A stretch of DNA of 64,000 nucleotides. Source: a bacterium (lineage in GTDB: Bacteria > Hinthialibacterota > Hinthialibacteria > Hinthialibacterales > Hinthialibacteraceae). Positions 61,478-64,000 of this stretch are shown in pieces (the first letter of the stretch is position 1; each line of letters starts with the position of its first letter). The DNA lies in NCBI GenBank assembly GCA_963663405.2, contig CAXXSM010000118.1, forward strand, positions 96,001 through 160,000, read 5' to 3'. Below the pieces are notes generated by a model, which searched no databases, was not told the DNA's origin, and saw nothing but the letters and a program-made list of their open reading frames with translations. A program made the translations under genes and the position numbers.

Positions 61478-64000
61478 ATGAGAAGAACCGCTCTAGTATT
61501 CATCTTTTTACTTATTATTGTCTTCTTGCTTGTACTTGTTATTAATCAATCAGAAAATCGCGATCCAAAGCAATCTGATGTGAAAATTACTTATGGTCCT
61601 CCGCCTTCTCAAGATAAGATTATTCAATTCACAATTGAAGCCGATGAAACCGGGCAATCTGCGCCTACAGTTAAATCAGAGAATCGAGTTACCGATTCGA
61701 CTCCGGTTGAAACAACGTATCATCAAGCAGAAAGATGTTTGCTGATTCAAGATGCCATAGGTCAAGGGATTCAACATGGGAAGATTTCTTTGGCCACGGA
61801 GGCGTATGATTTTTGGGAAGGGCGTTTTGGCCTTCCGGTTTTGTTAGGGGGAGAAATACTCGTCACGGTTAAAGCGGAAGGTTATTTTTCCACTAGTTAT
61901 CCAATCAATTTCGATCAACAATCATTCGAACCTATCATTCTTGAATACAAATCTGCTTTTACGATTCTTGTTTTGAATCATAACGGATTACCATGCGGCA
62001 ATGCGGCCGTTCGTTTGATGAAGGTTTCATCTCCCATTCGACCAACCATAGTAGAATCATCTATCGCCACTAGCCGCGGATATTTGCCTTCAATTAATGT
62101 TGTGAATCGAAAAGAAGGTGATTGTGTTGTTGCCAGCGCCAACCGTTTAATCCATAAAAATAATACGGTCATTCTTCCTTATGGACAAACCAAGCCGAAA
62201 TTAGGGGATCAACTCATCTCCGTTGGTAATTGTTCATGGAATTCTTCCATATCCCCCTTCTACTTCACTCAGAAAATTGCTTGGTTTAACTATGTTTATT
62301 TTCCAATTATTACAGAAAAATCTTCCATGCTCCGGATGTGGGATACATTAACTTACTCAAAGGCAAGCGCAGAAGGATATTGTTGTACGGCAAAAGAATA
62401 TTGCGAAATTAGAAGGAATGGAGAACGCGGTTTTTATTTTCTTTCCTTTCCTGACTGTATGCCAAATCCATCCATCGTGAAAGAGGCAAAAACGAATGTG
62501 AAAGGTGAATGCCAATTTATCGATCTATATCCTGCCTTATATTATGTCCAAGCATTTAACGGAAATAGTCACAGTGATTTGGTACCGCTGCATCCTTCCT
62601 GTTCGGGTACGCAATTGACACTTGTCGATTCGAGCGAGGTTTTTGTGCGAGTAAAAAGGAGTGGAATCAAATCAAATAATCAAGCGTATCATGTTGTAGA
62701 AGATATTCCTGTAATTCTAAAATCGTTAGAAGGGAAAGGCATTTTCTCAACCAATACAGATTTTGATGGATTCTCCTGTTTTCAAAACGTACCTTTTGGA
62801 GATTATGAACTCGTTGTAAGTACACCGAATGAGATTGTTAATGAAAAAGTCATAATTGATACGCTGGAAGAAAAATTTACCATCCAATTAAAAAGCTGGG
62901 AACGATACACCGTTTCGGGTACAGTAATTGATAAAGAAACGAATCTCCCTGTCACTGGATTTGAATTATCTCTTTGTTATGAAGCGCGTTTTGAGATGAA
63001 AGGTGAGCATTCTACCACAATCTCCGATTCTGTGGGGAGATTTATGTTCGAGGATGTAATACCCGGTACTTATTCAATAGGTGGTAAAATACCTGCGAAT
63101 ACTGACAAAATGTCCTCTCTTGAAACAATACAATACTTATCTAAATTTGAAAGTTCTATGTTAGAAAGTTTTTTAATGGCTTCTGATACCTATGGATCAA
63201 GAAAACAAATCGCTGTTAGTAACGATAATATTGAGAATTTAGTTATTCCTGTAGAGAAAGTGATACAAACTCATTTGGCTGGGAAAGTAATCTATAAAAA
63301 TGGAATTCCCGCAGAGGAAATACCCATAACAATAACCGCAAAGTATCCAACACGGATGCAAGCATCTTCTTTTCTAGCAACTGTACCTAATGAACCTAAG
63401 ACTGACACTAAAGGCCATTTCGAATTCACAATCATTAGTGATACATTTCAGACTGACAAACCGATAGAATTACGACTTACCGCAACAAAAGGACAAATAA
63501 TTCCAAGTTATTGGGAACAAAAGGAGGATGATTCCTATGAATTTATTGAGTCAAAGACCATCCCCTATTTTTTGGGTAGCACGAATGTTAGTGGATTTCC
63601 CGGCGATACATTTGACGATATTGTCATTGTTTTATCTGCAGTAGAGAATAAAATAATAGGCGGTAAATTACTTTCTGAAGAAAATGACTACTCACAACTA
63701 ACAATATACGCTTATCAAAATAATCAAAATCTGCCTATACAAATCAATTCGATGGGAGAATTCAATATCCATAATGTTGAATCAGGAATAGTCAATATTT
63801 TGCTTCACCCACGCTATTATACATTTATTGATACTTCATTTGGAAAACAGAGGTCTATAAAATACATATTACAAAATATTCTTATTAATGTGCCGGAAAA
63901 CGAACAATATGTGAATGCTGATATTTCACTGTCACCCGCAGGCTATTTTTGGGGAGTCGTCTTAAATGCACAAGCGCAGCCAGTTCCTGGAGTATTAGTA
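61478..64000 (+). CDS. Large membrane-anchored protein with carboxypeptidase-regulatory-like repeats (partial, runs off the window)
   Basis: MRRTALVFIFLLIIV...; the 5' and 3' ends are in the same frame (841 codons; not every codon checked); TD..G.F.F.NVP.G.Y and SG.V.D..T..P repeats; low GC. Confidence 0.7.
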   Translation, partial: MRRTALVFIFLLIIVFLLVLVINQSENRDPKQSDVKITYGPPPSQDKIIQFTIEADETGQSAPTVKSENRVTDSTPVETTYHQAERCLLIQDAIGQGIQHGKISLATEAYDFWEGRFGLPVLLGGEILVTVKAEGYFSTSYPINFDQQSFEPIILEYKSAFTILVLNHNGLPCGNAAVRLMKVSSPIRPTIVESSIATSRGYLPSINVVNRKEGDCVVASANRLIHKNNTVILPYGQTKPKLGDQLISVGNCSWNSSISPFYFTQKIAWFNYVYFPIITEKSSMLRMWDTLTYSKASAEGYCCTAKEYCEIRRNGERGFYFLSFPDCMPNPSIVKEAKTNVKGECQFIDLYPALYYVQAFNGNSHSDLVPLHPSCSGTQLTLVDSSEVFVRVKRSGIKSNNQAYHVVEDIPVILKSLEGKGIFSTNTDFDGFSCFQNVPFGDYELVVSTPNEIVNEKVIIDTLEEKFTIQLKSWERYTVSGTVIDKETNLPVTGFELSLCYEARFEMKGEHSTTISDSVGRFMFEDVIPGTYSIGGKIPANTDKMSSLETIQYLSKFESSMLESFLMASDTYGSRKQIAVSNDNIENLVIPVEKVIQTHLAGKVIYKNGIPAEEIPITITAKYPTRMQASSFLATVPNEPKTDTKGHFEFTIISDTFQTDKPIELRLTATKGQIIPSYWEQKEDDSYEFIESKTIPYFLGSTNVSGFPGDTFDDIVIVLSAVENKIIGGKLLSEENDYSQLTIYAYQNNQNLPIQINSMGEFNIHNVESGIVNILLHPRYYTFIDTSFGKQRSIKYILQNILINVPENEQYVNADISLSPAGYFWGVVLNAQAQPVPGVLV

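Noticed and set aside
1-64000. tRNA/rRNA genes, prophage, retron or DGR
   Set aside because: No cloverleaf or rRNA-like segments, phage structural genes or reverse transcriptase motifs were recognised by eye

Overview
Bacterial chromosomal window, about 45-50% GC with AT-rich spacers. Gene style (many Tat-exported enzymes, an orphan 'FTLIELLIVVAIIGILAAIAVPNFLNAQ' pilin, a C-terminal ..W-x-L-x motif on secreted proteins) suggests a poorly studied PVC-like or candidate-phylum organism; this is inference only. Contents in order: secreted carbohydrate-type enzymes (0.7-10.9 kb); a 2.4-kb integrase plus IS91-type transposase element that interrupts a TAXI-like gene (11.2-13.6 kb); a minus-strand sigma-54 operon (14.1-30.0 kb) encoding an LTxxQ periplasmic protein, a full type II secretion cluster with a two-gene secretin, and its own sensor kinase and NtrC-type regulator; galE, pilin and lactonase; a HigBA/ParDE toxin-antitoxin patch with a duplicated higA; housekeeping genes (maf, DUF151, ridA, nitrilase); a Wzt/methyltransferase-coiled-coil/GT4 glycan locus; ackA with a C-terminal extension plus V4R-like and HEAT-repeat genes; cysK; ASPIC/UnbV; an XRE-S24-like regulator; and a partial large secreted protein. 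Best leads: (1) the mobile element's two ends rebuild a long hairpin only on circularisation; (2) an unannotated 91-codon three-TM gene with an in-frame UGA and SECIS-like hairpin just upstream of cysK; (3) a ZraP/ZraSR-like self-regulated T2SS with a split secretin. Many frameshifts in the T2SS region may be assembly errors. All family calls are by motif recognition, with no database search.
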